IMG/VR virus record: IMGVR_UViG_3300042515_002586
Source: an uncultured virus (IMG/VR IMGVR_UViG_3300042515_002586)
Lineage: Duplodnaviria; Heunggongvirae; Uroviricota; Caudoviricetes
Reading direction: 5' to 3' (one strand)
DNA: 64,000 nucleotides
Part shown: in pieces, positions 18,262-28,293 of the stretch
Layout of the letters: each line of letters starts with the position of its first letter
How positions within the stretch are numbered: the first letter of the stretch is position 1
Notes under the pieces: model-generated
Told to the model about the DNA's origin: nothing
Databases searched by the model: none
Seen by the model: only the letters and a program-made list of their open reading frames with translations
Position numbers and translations under genes: made by a program

Positions 18262-18733
18262 TATAATTTACTATACTAAAGAGGACTTTTTTAAATTTAT
18301 TCTTAGCTATTGGTGCAAAGTTAATTGAATCAATTGCTGTATTTATATATTTTTGTGCTTCTCCTTTATGAAGCATATCATCAAATACGTAGAAACAAGC
18401 AATTTCTGATTCAGTTACTTCTTGAACACCAGAGTCTTTAAGTAATTCAAAAAAGGTTTCTTTTGGATGCTCTAAATAGCAGTACCCATGAATCCATAAA
18501 GAAATATCCCACAGTATACTATATAACGCTAAATCTTCTCTTTTGTTCTCAAGTTTTTTTAGATAATTTAATCTAGCTAAAGTAATATGAGCATAAGAAA
18601 TACCTTCATATGAATAGGAAATACTAGCCCATTCAATATAATCATCTAAGAGACTATTTAGGTCTATAAAATCAGTTTGTTGAGTGTGGTTCCCGTTGTT
18701 TGGTTGTTCGTTTTTTACATCTTGGACATTCAT
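18242..18733 (-). CDS. Hypothetical helical protein
   Basis: 163-aa ORF overlapping the polymerase start. Confidence 0.55.
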   Translation of the reverse strand: MNVQDVKNEQPNNGNHTQQTDFIDLNSLLDDYIEWASISYSYEGISYAHITLARLNYLKKLENKREDLALYSILWDISLWIHGYCYLEHPKETFFELLKDSGVQEVTESEIACFYVFDDMLHKGEAQKYINTAIDSINFAPIAKNKFKKVLFSIVNYNGKSKV

Positions 18734-18899
18734 CTATAACTTCTATAATAATAAAATCAAAATCAAGAAAAAGGCTTTTATTAGCATTATAATAGTCTAA
18801 TGCTTTTAACTTTGATGTTGTTTTATATACTTCTTTACCAGAGTATACTATAACAACAAAAGTGTCTACACTTGCCTTATAACATGATTTACAAATCAT
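18672..18899 (-). CDS. Small protein with two CxxC motifs
   Basis: CKSC and CPRC. Confidence 0.45.
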   Translation of the reverse strand: MICKSCYKASVDTFVVIVYSGKEVYKTTSKLKALDYYNANKSLFLDFDFIIIEVIDECPRCKKRTTKQREPHSTN

Positions 18900-19303
18900 T
18901 TTAAATTAGGTTCATAAGAGGAATAAAAACTATAATTTTTAGGGAATCCTCCATAATTTTTCATTTTATTGATTAGTCTTGAAGAAACAATTCTTAAATT
19001 CTTTCCTTGATTAGATATAACAAATGGACCGTTGCCATCTATAATATCGTTAAGCCAATAAAATGTAACTCCATCAATACGGTAAAACTTCCAGTTTTCA
19101 TTAATAGCATGAATTACCTGAACTTCTTCAGCAGTAAATGTCGTTGGTTTTACTATTTTTTTATACCACTCAAAAGCATTATTTTCTTGTAATAAATTAA
19201 AGATTAACTCGCCTCTTTTTGTGTTATCATTAGTATTCAAGGAAATTTTAACTACTTCTTTAAATAAATTTATTTGATCTTTTTGTGTAATATTATTTTG
19301 CAT
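18896..19303 (-). CDS. Hypothetical protein
   Basis: 135-aa ORF in operon. Confidence 0.55.
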   Translation of the reverse strand: MQNNITQKDQINLFKEVVKISLNTNDNTKRGELIFNLLQENNAFEWYKKIVKPTTFTAEEVQVIHAINENWKFYRIDGVTFYWLNDIIDGNGPFVISNQGKNLRIVSSRLINKMKNYGGFPKNYSFYSSYEPNLK

Positions 19304-20123
19304 TTACTTTTAAATATTCAACAAAACTATGATTAGTTTTGTTCCTTTCTTTCCATCCTCTTCCAATAGATTCAAGTCTTTCTTTGTAAGATTCTGGATC
19401 AAAAACTATTTGAGTTGATAAAGTGCTTACTTTTCTACCATCTACTTTTATAGTATCACCAATTGGACAAAGTACAACTGGGTTACTCTTCATATTATCA
19501 AACCCATTATAACTTGCTTGCATAATAATAGCCTCATCACTACTCAAAGATGAAATTTGAATTACATCAAACTTACTCTCAGATAAAACCTTAAGCCTAT
19601 TATCAATCTCAGAAATATGTATAATCTTAGGTTCAACTTCTAATCCAGCTAAGAAAGAAGTCAAAGCTGGTAGATACTGCTCATCACTATATATAGCATT
19701 AAAAGTATCCTTCATTCTATATAACGTTTTAAATGGTGATAAGTAACCATGTTCAAAGGAAGTTTGTAAACTTTTTTCTACAAAAGCTTGTACTAGCTTA
19801 GAATAACTAAATGGACCAGTAAGTATGCTTTTATCTAACTTGATAGAGTGTGTTCTATAAGTTTTCTCATATAATTGTTGACCATATAGCTGATCCAAAC
19901 TCTCTAAATTAAAGTTAGATTCATTAATTTCAATAACTAATGAACCATCACTAATATTACCTAATGGTAATTCAAAAGATGGATTTGAAGAATAAAAATA
20001 ACATTCAGCTTTATTAGCTTGTTTTTTTAACTGTTCTTTGTAAATATTATACTGATAATATAAAGCAAGACCTGTTGATAAATCATTAGACTTATCAATA
20101 AAGTAAATTTTATTGTTTAACAT
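19293..20123 (-). CDS. Hypothetical protein
   Basis: 276-aa ORF in operon. Confidence 0.6.
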   Translation of the reverse strand: MLNNKIYFIDKSNDLSTGLALYYQYNIYKEQLKKQANKAECYFYSSNPSFELPLGNISDGSLVIEINESNFNLESLDQLYGQQLYEKTYRTHSIKLDKSILTGPFSYSKLVQAFVEKSLQTSFEHGYLSPFKTLYRMKDTFNAIYSDEQYLPALTSFLAGLEVEPKIIHISEIDNRLKVLSESKFDVIQISSLSSDEAIIMQASYNGFDNMKSNPVVLCPIGDTIKVDGRKVSTLSTQIVFDPESYKERLESIGRGWKERNKTNHSFVEYLKVNAK

Positions 20124-20126
20124 ATT

Positions 20127-20870
20127 TTAAAGAAGTGCGCCAATAGTGGCTTTTATTTGGTGAAGAAGTTTTCCATATGAACCTAAATCTTCTTGTAAAT
20201 CAAGGTTATCTGCCCATATAGCCTTTGCTAATGATTCAGGAGATAGTTCTGTTACAGAGCTTATAGCAGCACTAACAAATCCAGGTGCTGTCAATATTCC
20301 AGTACTAATACTAATTGAAGCAGACATACTAATACTGCCAAGTAATGCTGAGTTTGTTAAGAAACCTGATGCTATAGTAGTAAAAGCTTGTAAATCAGCA
20401 AAAGCAAATGTAATAGCATTTATACTTGAAGTTAGTGTACCAGTAGCAGCAAAAGTTGAAGCAGCATTAAGTACACCAACAATATCCAAAGAACCAGGAG
20501 TTAGTGTTCCAGTTATGTTAGATACAAGAGCAACAATTAAACCTAAGTTAGCACTAGTTAATGTTCCAGTAGCTTCAATATTAGAAGATATGTTAATACC
20601 AGCAGCAAGGTTTCCACTAGTAATCTGTGTAATCCCAAAAATACTATTAATAGTAGACATACCTCCGCTATCTTGAGCAATTACCCAACTATATGGTGGA
20701 GTATAACCTACAGGAACACTGTTTTTATTATCAAAACTAGTACTTCCAAAGTATGGGTTTCTGGCTAAACCAGATGTGTTAAAATTTGCTCTATCAGAAG
20801 ATAACGATGTACCTCCTATATATTTAATAGGTACCTTATTAAATACTGAATAGTTACCTATTAATGACAA
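20127..20870 (-). CDS. Putative virion/tail fibre-associated protein
   Basis: S/T/A/G-rich with repeated ATGTLTS-like strands. Confidence 0.55.
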   Translation of the reverse strand: MSLIGNYSVFNKVPIKYIGGTSLSSDRANFNTSGLARNPYFGSTSFDNKNSVPVGYTPPYSWVIAQDSGGMSTINSIFGITQITSGNLAAGINISSNIEATGTLTSANLGLIVALVSNITGTLTPGSLDIVGVLNAASTFAATGTLTSSINAITFAFADLQAFTTIASGFLTNSALLGSISMSASISISTGILTAPGFVSAAISSVTELSPESLAKAIWADNLDLQEDLGSYGKLLHQIKATIGALL

Positions 20871-20874
20871 TTAA

Positions 20875-22023
20875 TTATCCCCAAGCAAAGTCAAGGTGGC
20901 CATATATGGCTGAGTTAGTAGGAGTGTTACCACCACTATAAATCAGCCAATTTAAACATGCGCCATCATAAATTCTAGGTAGTGATGGTAATTGATTTAA
21001 GAATTCTCTTTCAGCCATAACACCTAGTGTAGTTATTGGTAAAGTTAAAATTGGTTTACAAACAACAACAGAATACTCTCCTGAAACATAAGAAGTAGAA
21101 TTTTGAACAGCTGTAATTCTTTCAACGCCAGCATCACTTTCTCTTAAAGGTAAGAAAGGACCTACTTTACCTGCACCAGTTCCTGAATAAAGGACTAATC
21201 CATTTGCAGCTGCTGTTTTACCAATTGGAAGTACAGTAGGAGTAGTTCTGCCAGTTACTGCTGTTGTATTAGTATAAGTAATTGATAAGTTAGGAGTACC
21301 AGCACCTAGCGGAGTAGCATTATTAGCATACATAAAAGCTTGAACTCCAGCACCATTTGTATGTCTTGGATAAAGAGTATTTATAGTATGAGTTCCAGTA
21401 CCCGCATCACTAATATTAATTGCAGTACCAGCAAGAGCGTTAGCATAGCTTGTTGCTAATTGGCAAGTTAAGTCAGAAACTTTAATAACATAGTAATCAG
21501 TAGCAGCAGATAGACCACCAGGTAATGTAGTTGTAGTTGATACTTGAATCCTAGATAAATGCATTAAGTTGATATTTGTATGAGTAATAATATCAGTACC
21601 AGCATCAGCTGTAAAAGTACTAAAAGCAGCTAAGTTATTAGTTACTGTTTGTGCAGTAGTTGTAGTTACTGATGTTACCCTATAAAATCCAATAGTATCA
21701 ACTAACATTAAAATACAAGGAGCAACAGTAGCAGCAGCGGTAAAAGCAGAAGCTACTGTAACATGCTTATAATTAGGAGATACTGGCCCACCATGAAGGA
21801 TAGAGTTTACGTTTGCTGTTGTATCTGATAAAGGTTGGAATACTAAGTTTGTACCAGTATTCATAATAGCATCAGCTTGAGGATTACCAGCACCTCTAGC
21901 TAAATAATGCCATTCACCTCCAACAGCAGCTGTTGTTGGTAGAAATGATTTCTGCCAATCTGTTCGTTTAAAATTTCCAGAAGAAATCTTATTAACAATA
22001 TCATCCATACTAGTAAAAGGCAT
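20875..22023 (-). CDS. Putative virion protein, paralog of 22033-22899, with inserted beta domain
   Basis: Shares GNP, GGxVSP, YTN, GPFxPL..D.GV, KP and SLPxI.D motifs with the neighbour; extra TADAGTDIIT...LSAATDYYV...GTGTHT insert. Confidence 0.6.
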   Translation of the reverse strand: MPFTSMDDIVNKISSGNFKRTDWQKSFLPTTAAVGGEWHYLARGAGNPQADAIMNTGTNLVFQPLSDTTANVNSILHGGPVSPNYKHVTVASAFTAAATVAPCILMLVDTIGFYRVTSVTTTTAQTVTNNLAAFSTFTADAGTDIITHTNINLMHLSRIQVSTTTTLPGGLSAATDYYVIKVSDLTCQLATSYANALAGTAINISDAGTGTHTINTLYPRHTNGAGVQAFMYANNATPLGAGTPNLSITYTNTTAVTGRTTPTVLPIGKTAAANGLVLYSGTGAGKVGPFLPLRESDAGVERITAVQNSTSYVSGEYSVVVCKPILTLPITTLGVMAEREFLNQLPSLPRIYDGACLNWLIYSGGNTPTNSAIYGHLDFAWG

Positions 22024-22032
22024 AATTAATTC

Positions 22033-22899
22033 CTATAACCAACTTGTTTCTATGTATCCTTGGATTGCCGCCCCAGACATATTCCCCCCAGGACTAGCTA
22101 TAAAATTAAGATAAGCATCATCTTGTATTTCAGGAAGAGATGCAAAATCTTTAAAGTAGTCTACTTCAACAGGAGCATCAATACCTCTTATTGTTAAAGT
22201 AGCAAGAGGCTTTACCAATACAAGAGTAAATAAACCAATATCAACACCAAGCATTGTTACTGATTCAATTGATCTTACTCCTGTATCTCCATCTTGTAAT
22301 GGTATAAACGGACCATTACAATTTAATGTATTTGTAGAAGTTGTTATAATAGTACCATTTGTATTTGTAGTATTAATTACTACTGTTTTACTTGTTCTAT
22401 TTGAAACACCCTGAGAATTTGTATAATTAAAGAAAAAGCTTTGTCCACCCACATGAGGAGCAACAGCAATTGCCATTACTTGAGTACCTTCACCGTCTAC
22501 ATATCTAGGTAAAGTTGCTGTATTATCTAATGTTTGTGAATCAGTAGTTCCTTCATCTATAAATGGGTAAAACAAAAGGTAATCACACAATATTAAATTA
22601 CAAGGAACAGCTGCTGCTGTTTGTGTCATTATTAGAAGTTTTCTAATAACTTTTTTTAATGGTGAAACATTTCCTCCATGATTCAACCCACCATCTTCAG
22701 ACTTTGAAAGCTCTTTAGCAATTAAAGGAGAAGCAGCGTAATATTGAGGTAGAGGATTACCTGGAGCCATTGATAAATCAGTCCAAATACCTAAAGCTGT
22801 TGTTTGAGATGGTACTTTTCTAAATGTAAAAAAACTTTTGTTTCCAAGTACATACTCAGAATCAACAAGTTCTCTAACATTCTTAAAACCAACAGCCAT
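22033..22899 (-). CDS. Putative virion protein, paralog of 20875-22023
   Basis: Colinear shared motifs with the neighbour. Confidence 0.6.
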   Translation of the reverse strand: MAVGFKNVRELVDSEYVLGNKSFFTFRKVPSQTTALGIWTDLSMAPGNPLPQYYAASPLIAKELSKSEDGGLNHGGNVSPLKKVIRKLLIMTQTAAAVPCNLILCDYLLFYPFIDEGTTDSQTLDNTATLPRYVDGEGTQVMAIAVAPHVGGQSFFFNYTNSQGVSNRTSKTVVINTTNTNGTIITTSTNTLNCNGPFIPLQDGDTGVRSIESVTMLGVDIGLFTLVLVKPLATLTIRGIDAPVEVDYFKDFASLPEIQDDAYLNFIASPGGNMSGAAIQGYIETSWL

Positions 22900-22900
22900 A

Positions 22901-23311
22901 TTAATCTAAACTAAAAGATAATGTTCCAGGTGCAAACTGAGGCTGGATTAAGTTTGAAACGCTCAAAGAACTATTTAAAGCACCTTTGACAAGAACTTGC
23001 CCAGAACCAGATGTTGATGTACCAATAGCAACATGTGTAATAGTATTAGTTGAACCAGTACATTGAGGAAATTGAACTAATGCAGTATTACTAACAGTAT
23101 TACCAGATACAGTCCAGCCTGAAGCAGACCTTACAACAGAAACACGACTATAACTAGTATAAGTCGCTTCATTAGTTAATTGAGTACCAGCTTCTCCTGG
23201 GTCTGCTGTATGCAATGAAAGATATAAATCAGTTATACCATCAAAAGGCAAAGTAGTATTATTAAACAACTTATTTAATATATTAGTTTCAGTGGTATTG
23301 GAAAAACTCAT
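22901..23311 (-). CDS. Conserved phage tail/fibre-associated protein
   Basis: LYLSLHTADPGEAG...NE...Y.R...V.FP...ITHVAI pattern typical of small phage tail proteins. Confidence 0.7.
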   Translation of the reverse strand: MSFSNTTETNILNKLFNNTTLPFDGITDLYLSLHTADPGEAGTQLTNEATYTSYSRVSVVRSASGWTVSGNTVSNTALVQFPQCTGSTNTITHVAIGTSTSGSGQVLVKGALNSSLSVSNLIQPQFAPGTLSFSLD

Positions 23312-23321
23312 TATAATACTC

Positions 23322-23984
23322 TTATGTTATCTCTATAGATTCAAGGACTCCATCTGTGTACGTAAAGTTTTTAGAATACGTAAATGAGTCACTTTCTCTA
23401 GTAATACTAATAGAGGAAATATTTCCACCACTATAGCTATATATTAATGAATATTGTTTTGTAGATTTTGAATCGTCTAACCATATATCTTTATTAGTTA
23501 TGTCTCCATCAACATTATATGTAAATTCTATATATCTTGATCTAGATGCTAACTGTAATTCTAACTCAATAGTTGAGACATCAACACTCCCAGAACCTCC
23601 AGAAGATGTTGCTATTAATGTTGTACCAGTAAGCTGTAAACCAGTTCCAAGAGTAATTTCTTGCAGGTCACCACTACTAGAAGGTGTTCTACCTAATATT
23701 TTTCCAGCAGCAACATCTTGAATTTTAGAGTAAGTTACTGCATTGTTATCAATTGTCCAATTAGCACCACTTCCAGAGACAGTAATATCACCCTTATCTC
23801 CATCAGTAATACCAGAGCCTCCACCACCTTCAGCAGTAAGGTAATCTAAATCAACCCATAAATCAGTTCCAGTACCTATCTTTACTTTATTGGTATCAGT
23901 TTCAAAACCAATTTCACCAATAGCTAATAATGGATTCTTACTAGCCCATTCAGCTGCCGTACCTCTTCTTACCTGAATACGCAT
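23322..23984 (-). CDS. Tail fibre-like protein with Mtd/hyaluronidase-type N-terminal anchor
   Basis: IQVRRGTAAEWASKNPLLAIGEIGFETDTNKVKIG followed by DGDKGDITVSGSG. Confidence 0.75.
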   Translation of the reverse strand: MRIQVRRGTAAEWASKNPLLAIGEIGFETDTNKVKIGTGTDLWVDLDYLTAEGGGGSGITDGDKGDITVSGSGANWTIDNNAVTYSKIQDVAAGKILGRTPSSSGDLQEITLGTGLQLTGTTLIATSSGGSGSVDVSTIELELQLASRSRYIEFTYNVDGDITNKDIWLDDSKSTKQYSLIYSYSGGNISSISITRESDSFTYSKNFTYTDGVLESIEIT

Positions 23985-24364
23985 TATGGACTACCTCCAT
24001 CAGTAATGAATGGAGTAATAAACCAACCATTGTTAGTTGTGTATTGTAAACTATAATTACTTGGTAAGTTTAGTTTATAAATTACAGTGCTTAAACCTGT
24101 AGTATTGTCTGCTATATTTACACTGACTAAGTTAGATGCGTTGGCATAATTAAATAAACTAAAAGAATATAAAACTCTTTTAGTTATATTAGTATTAACA
24201 GGAATAACAGTTGTGTTACCAGATGCAGATATTGTTAAAGGAATAGATTTAAACAATTCTGTTTGTCCTAAATCATTGTAACTACATAATATACCCAAAG
24301 ATACTGTACCAGTAGAAGGAATTGAATTTATGTAAAAACTATGGCTTTTAGGATCTAAATACAT
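23984..24364 (-). CDS. Putative virion accessory protein
   Basis: Beta-rich 126-aa ORF heading the virion-like cassette. Confidence 0.5.
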   Translation of the reverse strand: MYLDPKSHSFYINSIPSTGTVSLGILCSYNDLGQTELFKSIPLTISASGNTTVIPVNTNITKRVLYSFSLFNYANASNLVSVNIADNTTGLSTVIYKLNLPSNYSLQYTTNNGWFITPFITDGGSP

Positions 24365-24370
24365 AGATAC

Positions 24371-24982
24371 TTAAATAGAGCGTTTTTTTGCTCTAGAAAT
24401 TCCATTTATTTTTTCAACTTCATAAGTTGAATCCATATCAGTTTGCATGTGAGAAACAGAAATTATTTGAGTACCGCCATCTACAGCTAAAGTTTCAACT
24501 ATCTGATCTAGTTTTTTCCTTAATGAACTATTTACATTACTAAAACCTTCATCAATAATAAGAATAGGTTTAGTAGATGGTAATAGACTAAGTAAGATCA
24601 TTCTTAAAACAATGTTAATAATTTGAATACCTGATTCTCCAAATGAAGTTAATGGGTTTTCCATATGACCTTCAGGAGATTTCATTTTAGTTTTAATACC
24701 TTTTAATGCTTTAGTTGTATCATCATAGACTAACTCAAACATAAACTCAAAACCATCGCCCAATACAATTGATAATGCATCAGTAATTAAAGCAGCAAGT
24801 ACATCAATTTGGTCTAAAAATTTAGTAGAACATAATTTTGATAGTCTTAAAGAATCATTTAGTGTTTTGATGTTACCTTTTAGTTCTTCAATTTCACTTG
24901 TTAAAGTTGTAAATTGATTTTTAGTGAACTCATAATTGTTAATACACTTTAAAGCTAATTCTTTCTCAGTATCAAAGTTCAT
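24371..24982 (-). CDS. Rad50/SbcC C-terminal half (coiled coil, signature, Walker B)
   Basis: Coiled coil, SFGESG signature-like, ILIIDEGFSNVN Walker B/D-loop, QIISVSH H-loop. Confidence 0.8.
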   Translation of the reverse strand: MNFDTEKELALKCINNYEFTKNQFTTLTSEIEELKGNIKTLNDSLRLSKLCSTKFLDQIDVLAALITDALSIVLGDGFEFMFELVYDDTTKALKGIKTKMKSPEGHMENPLTSFGESGIQIINIVLRMILLSLLPSTKPILIIDEGFSNVNSSLRKKLDQIVETLAVDGGTQIISVSHMQTDMDSTYEVEKINGISRAKKRSI

Positions 24983-25220
24983 ATTTAGTTGTGTGTTCCT
25001 TTAAATCAGCTAAAACTGTAGAAGCTTTTTCTTTTAATTTTTCAACTTCTAAAACAGCCTTTTCAATTTCACTATCAATAGAATCTAAGTCAACATTGTA
25101 TGTTTTTAATTGTTCTTGTAAAATAGCTTTAGACTTTTCTGATTGAGCAGCTAAAGTTTCATTTTTTGTAATTAAAGTTTCTAGTTCTTGAATCTCTTTA
25201 TTAATTTCTTCTAAGTTCAT
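24972..25220 (-). CDS. Small coiled-coil protein, possible Rad50 arm fragment
   Basis: Heptad-rich E/K/L sequence between Mre11 and the Rad50 C-half. Confidence 0.6.
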   Translation of the reverse strand: MNLEEINKEIQELETLITKNETLAAQSEKSKAILQEQLKTYNVDLDSIDSEIEKAVLEVEKLKEKASTVLADLKEHTTKYEL

Positions 25221-26236
25221 TCTTTAATTTTTACTTTGTCTAATCTAGACAGTACCTCATTAATAGCTTCATCACTATAATTAGCTTCTTTTCCAATCTT
25301 TCTAACATAATCTTTAGGATCTGTATTTTTAGCAGCAGTAGATATTGCTTTTGCAGTAGCAAAATCTAATCTTTTTCTTTCTAAAGATTTTAATCTTCTA
25401 TCTAAATCAAAGTAACTTTCATCAGAATCTTGAGGAAGAGCATGCCATTCAATCTTTTTATTCGGGTATATTAAATAAAATCCTGGCTTATGTGAAATCT
25501 CACTTATGTTTCCACGATAAAATGCACCAGGATTTCCAACAACTACCCCATTATTTAACTTACTCGGACCAAAACCAACATGGATATCTCCAAACAAAGC
25601 AAAATCAATTCGCTCATCAATTTCTAATTCATCCCAAGCTGTACAATAATCATTCTTTTCAGGTCCAACTGAAGAGTGGCTTACAAGAATATTAACTCTA
25701 TCATTAGATTTTATAAGTCCAGTTTTGTTAAACTTTTCTTCTACTCTAGCATAGTTATTAAATACTCCTTGTAGTAATGGATCGTTCCAGTGGTAACCTA
25801 CAATATGAAAATTATCTATAATAAGCTCATCCTCAATTAAATAGATTCCACCTTTACCTTTAGGAATATTGTCATCCCAAATAGATTGATCTGGTTTAAT
25901 ATTTATTACTGATCCTAAAGCAGAGAATTGAAGAAGACCAAGCTTACCACTTAGTACATCATGGTTACCAACAATAGTATAGAAAGGAACAGGTAATCTA
26001 TTAAACATAGACCATAAACTATACTTATCCTCATCCTTCCAGTTCCAGCTATGGGTAACATCACCACCACAAATTATAGAAGAAACATTCTTTTCTTTGA
26101 CTATTTTAGATATGTATGAAAAAGCTTCATTAACAGTTTTCCAAACATCTTTCTTGATGCTTTTAATATTTGACTTTGTTATATGAGTATCAGTTACATA
26201 TATAATAGGTCTATTCTTCATTATTATTTTCCACAA
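25217..26236 (-). CDS. sbcD: Mre11/SbcD metallophosphoesterase nuclease
   Basis: TDTH, GGD, GNHD, SH, GDIH and NPG motifs. Confidence 0.85.
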   Translation of the reverse strand: MWKIIMKNRPIIYVTDTHITKSNIKSIKKDVWKTVNEAFSYISKIVKEKNVSSIICGGDVTHSWNWKDEDKYSLWSMFNRLPVPFYTIVGNHDVLSGKLGLLQFSALGSVINIKPDQSIWDDNIPKGKGGIYLIEDELIIDNFHIVGYHWNDPLLQGVFNNYARVEEKFNKTGLIKSNDRVNILVSHSSVGPEKNDYCTAWDELEIDERIDFALFGDIHVGFGPSKLNNGVVVGNPGAFYRGNISEISHKPGFYLIYPNKKIEWHALPQDSDESYFDLDRRLKSLERKRLDFATAKAISTAAKNTDPKDYVRKIGKEANYSDEAINEVLSRLDKVKIKE

Positions 26237-27159
26237 TATTTACAAACTGATTTTAGAATTGTTTGTTTATCTTTTTCTAACTTTTGTAGTTTTTGTTTGG
26301 ATATGTGAATATTTGAGTATAATGAATTAAGTTGTTCTGAGTTTTCTTTAAAACTTATTAATTTTGTTAGGCAACTAACTTTACTTTTGTATTTTTCTAA
26401 ATCAAAATCAACTTTAAATTTAGAATAGTTAGCAGAATTATGTTTCTTAATGTCTTGCAACTTTTGTAACTTAGCTTCTACAGACTTATTTGTTTCCTCA
26501 ATAAGCCTCAACTTTTTAAGTTCTTTTGCTATATTTAAAACAATATTTTCTTTAGCAACTATCTTTTTTGAAATAATTTCTAAATCTCTTTGTTTAGCTC
26601 TTACTTGATCTTCTTTAGCTCTGATATCTTTACCAATACCAATAGTAACTTCTTCTAGTACATTCATACCAAAGACTGAAGATAATCTTTTTAATAGGAT
26701 GTCTTGACGATCATCTAAAAATAAAAGCTTACTTCTTACAGGTAAAAAGTTAAAATCTTCTGGATCAGAAAAAGAATCTAAAGCTACTTTGTAAATACCA
26801 ATAATATCTCTTACTGGTTTTGCAGCAGCTTTAACACTAGTGTAACCATCAGTCTTACCTTCAGGAGAAGTTATATAAACAAATTGTTTCTTGTTTTTCC
26901 ATTCCCTTTTAATAACATATTTGTTACCTAGTTCAACTTCAATGTATGCTTCATTCTCCCCATACCTAATAGCTGTATCAGGAAACTCATCATGATATAA
27001 AATAGTTTTTAATGCCCTAAGAATATTTGTTTTTCCAATCTGATTTGGGAATGCGCCTTCTTTTGGAATGATAGGAGTGATCTGATCAAACAAAATAGTT
27101 TGACTAGCCCATGATCTATAATTAAATAAAGTTAATCTAGTAACAACTAATTCTTTCAT
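26224..27159 (-). CDS. Rad50/SbcC N-terminal half (Walker A, coiled coil, terminal zinc hook)
   Basis: LTLFNYRSW, PNQIGKTNILRAL, coiled coil, ends in CKYCGK. Confidence 0.8.
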   Translation of the reverse strand: MKELVVTRLTLFNYRSWASQTILFDQITPIIPKEGAFPNQIGKTNILRALKTILYHDEFPDTAIRYGENEAYIEVELGNKYVIKREWKNKKQFVYITSPEGKTDGYTSVKAAAKPVRDIIGIYKVALDSFSDPEDFNFLPVRSKLLFLDDRQDILLKRLSSVFGMNVLEEVTIGIGKDIRAKEDQVRAKQRDLEIISKKIVAKENIVLNIAKELKKLRLIEETNKSVEAKLQKLQDIKKHNSANYSKFKVDFDLEKYKSKVSCLTKLISFKENSEQLNSLYSNIHISKQKLQKLEKDKQTILKSVCKYCGK

Positions 27160-27165
27160 CTAAAC

Positions 27166-27624
27166 TTACCAAGAAGATTCATAATATAGTTCTGGGAAAT
27201 CTTCACTTTCTTTTAATATTTCCTTAAATTTCTCAAGAGTAAATTGAAGATCCTCAATATAGTACTTATCGTATTCTGTTGAACCAAAGAAAAAACCACT
27301 TGTAACTGGTAGATGTATTGCTGCTAAGTCAATACGCTTAGATTTTTGAGGTGTATTAAGTATCTTCTCTATTGTTTCAATTAGAGCTCTAAAAGAATCC
27401 TCAGAAACTAAATATCTACCACAATTGTCTTCACCACCTTGAACGTTTTGTACGAACCATTTATGAATTGCATTTGCTTTTCTCCAATAGCAAACTTCTT
27501 CTTCAATATATTTAATTCTTTCTGTACGAACAATAGTATCAAATGCTTTAATTTCTTGGTTTACTGGAAAAGCTTCTTTACCATAAACATAACTTCTTTT
27601 AGTTAAGTACATATCTAAACCCAT
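27166..27624 (-). CDS. Conserved phage protein (MGLDMYL family)
   Basis: MGLDMYL, YWRKANAIHKWF, GFFFGS and YESSW motifs. Confidence 0.75.
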   Translation of the reverse strand: MGLDMYLTKRSYVYGKEAFPVNQEIKAFDTIVRTERIKYIEEEVCYWRKANAIHKWFVQNVQGGEDNCGRYLVSEDSFRALIETIEKILNTPQKSKRIDLAAIHLPVTSGFFFGSTEYDKYYIEDLQFTLEKFKEILKESEDFPELYYESSW

Positions 27625-27636
27625 AATAATCTCCTT

Positions 27637-28293
27637 TTAATATTCGCTTTCAATTTTATTATATGCCTCTAGCATAATTTTAATATAATTATCTAATGTT
27701 TTAGAAAACTCTAAATTGTTATACGGAACAAAATCTTTAATACTAGAATTATCATCAAACTTCTTAAGTACTTCTCTTTCTCTACGAAGCATTTCATTAT
27801 CTATTTCAATAACTTTTTGCCAAATTTTATTGCTATATATACTGTGCAATTTTAATTCTTGAAGTATATTATGAAAAACCTCCTCTTCAAAATCTTTAAA
27901 TAATACAAAATCAAAGTGCTTGTATAAAAGACTTTCTACATCAACTGTTGAGCTTCCGCTACCTTTAAGGTCTATATATAGTGTATTCTTATATGGTCTA
28001 GGAACATCAAGTAGAATTCCTTCAGTTATATCATGTAATCCCCATAATAGTATTTCTTCTGGGCTATCTTTAAAGTATTCAAAACCGCCCATAACATGAT
28101 CTAATACACTATAAAATTCTTTACAATGCCCAGCAAATCTACACTGTAAAGAAAGTGGCGCGGCGAATACTCTTAGAAATTCTTCAAAATCATCTATATG
28201 AACATTATCATTATAGAAATCTAGTGGTGAAAATTCAAACCCATTATTAGCTGTTATCTTTGAGTGTTCACTTTGTTGTTTTAATTTTAACAT
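27637..28293 (-). CDS. HD-domain 5'-deoxynucleotidase (YfdR/YfbR-like)
   Basis: CRFAGH, YSVLDH, LHDITE and DVPRPYK motifs. Confidence 0.8.
   Translation of the reverse strand: MLKLKQQSEHSKITANNGFEFSPLDFYNDNVHIDDFEEFLRVFAAPLSLQCRFAGHCKEFYSVLDHVMGGFEYFKDSPEEILLWGLHDITEGILLDVPRPYKNTLYIDLKGSGSSTVDVESLLYKHFDFVLFKDFEEEVFHNILQELKLHSIYSNKIWQKVIEIDNEMLRREREVLKKFDDNSSIKDFVPYNNLEFSKTLDNYIKIMLEAYNKIESEY

Noticed and set aside
23322..23984. Diversity-generating retroelement target (Mtd-like N-terminus)
   Set aside because: Only the anchor domain is similar; no reverse transcriptase or TR/VR pair differing at adenines is seen in the window
27637..28293. DatZ of a 2-aminoadenine (Z-genome) pathway
   Set aside because: No PurZ or MazZ in the window, and the motifs fit the common YfdR-like HD nucleotidase
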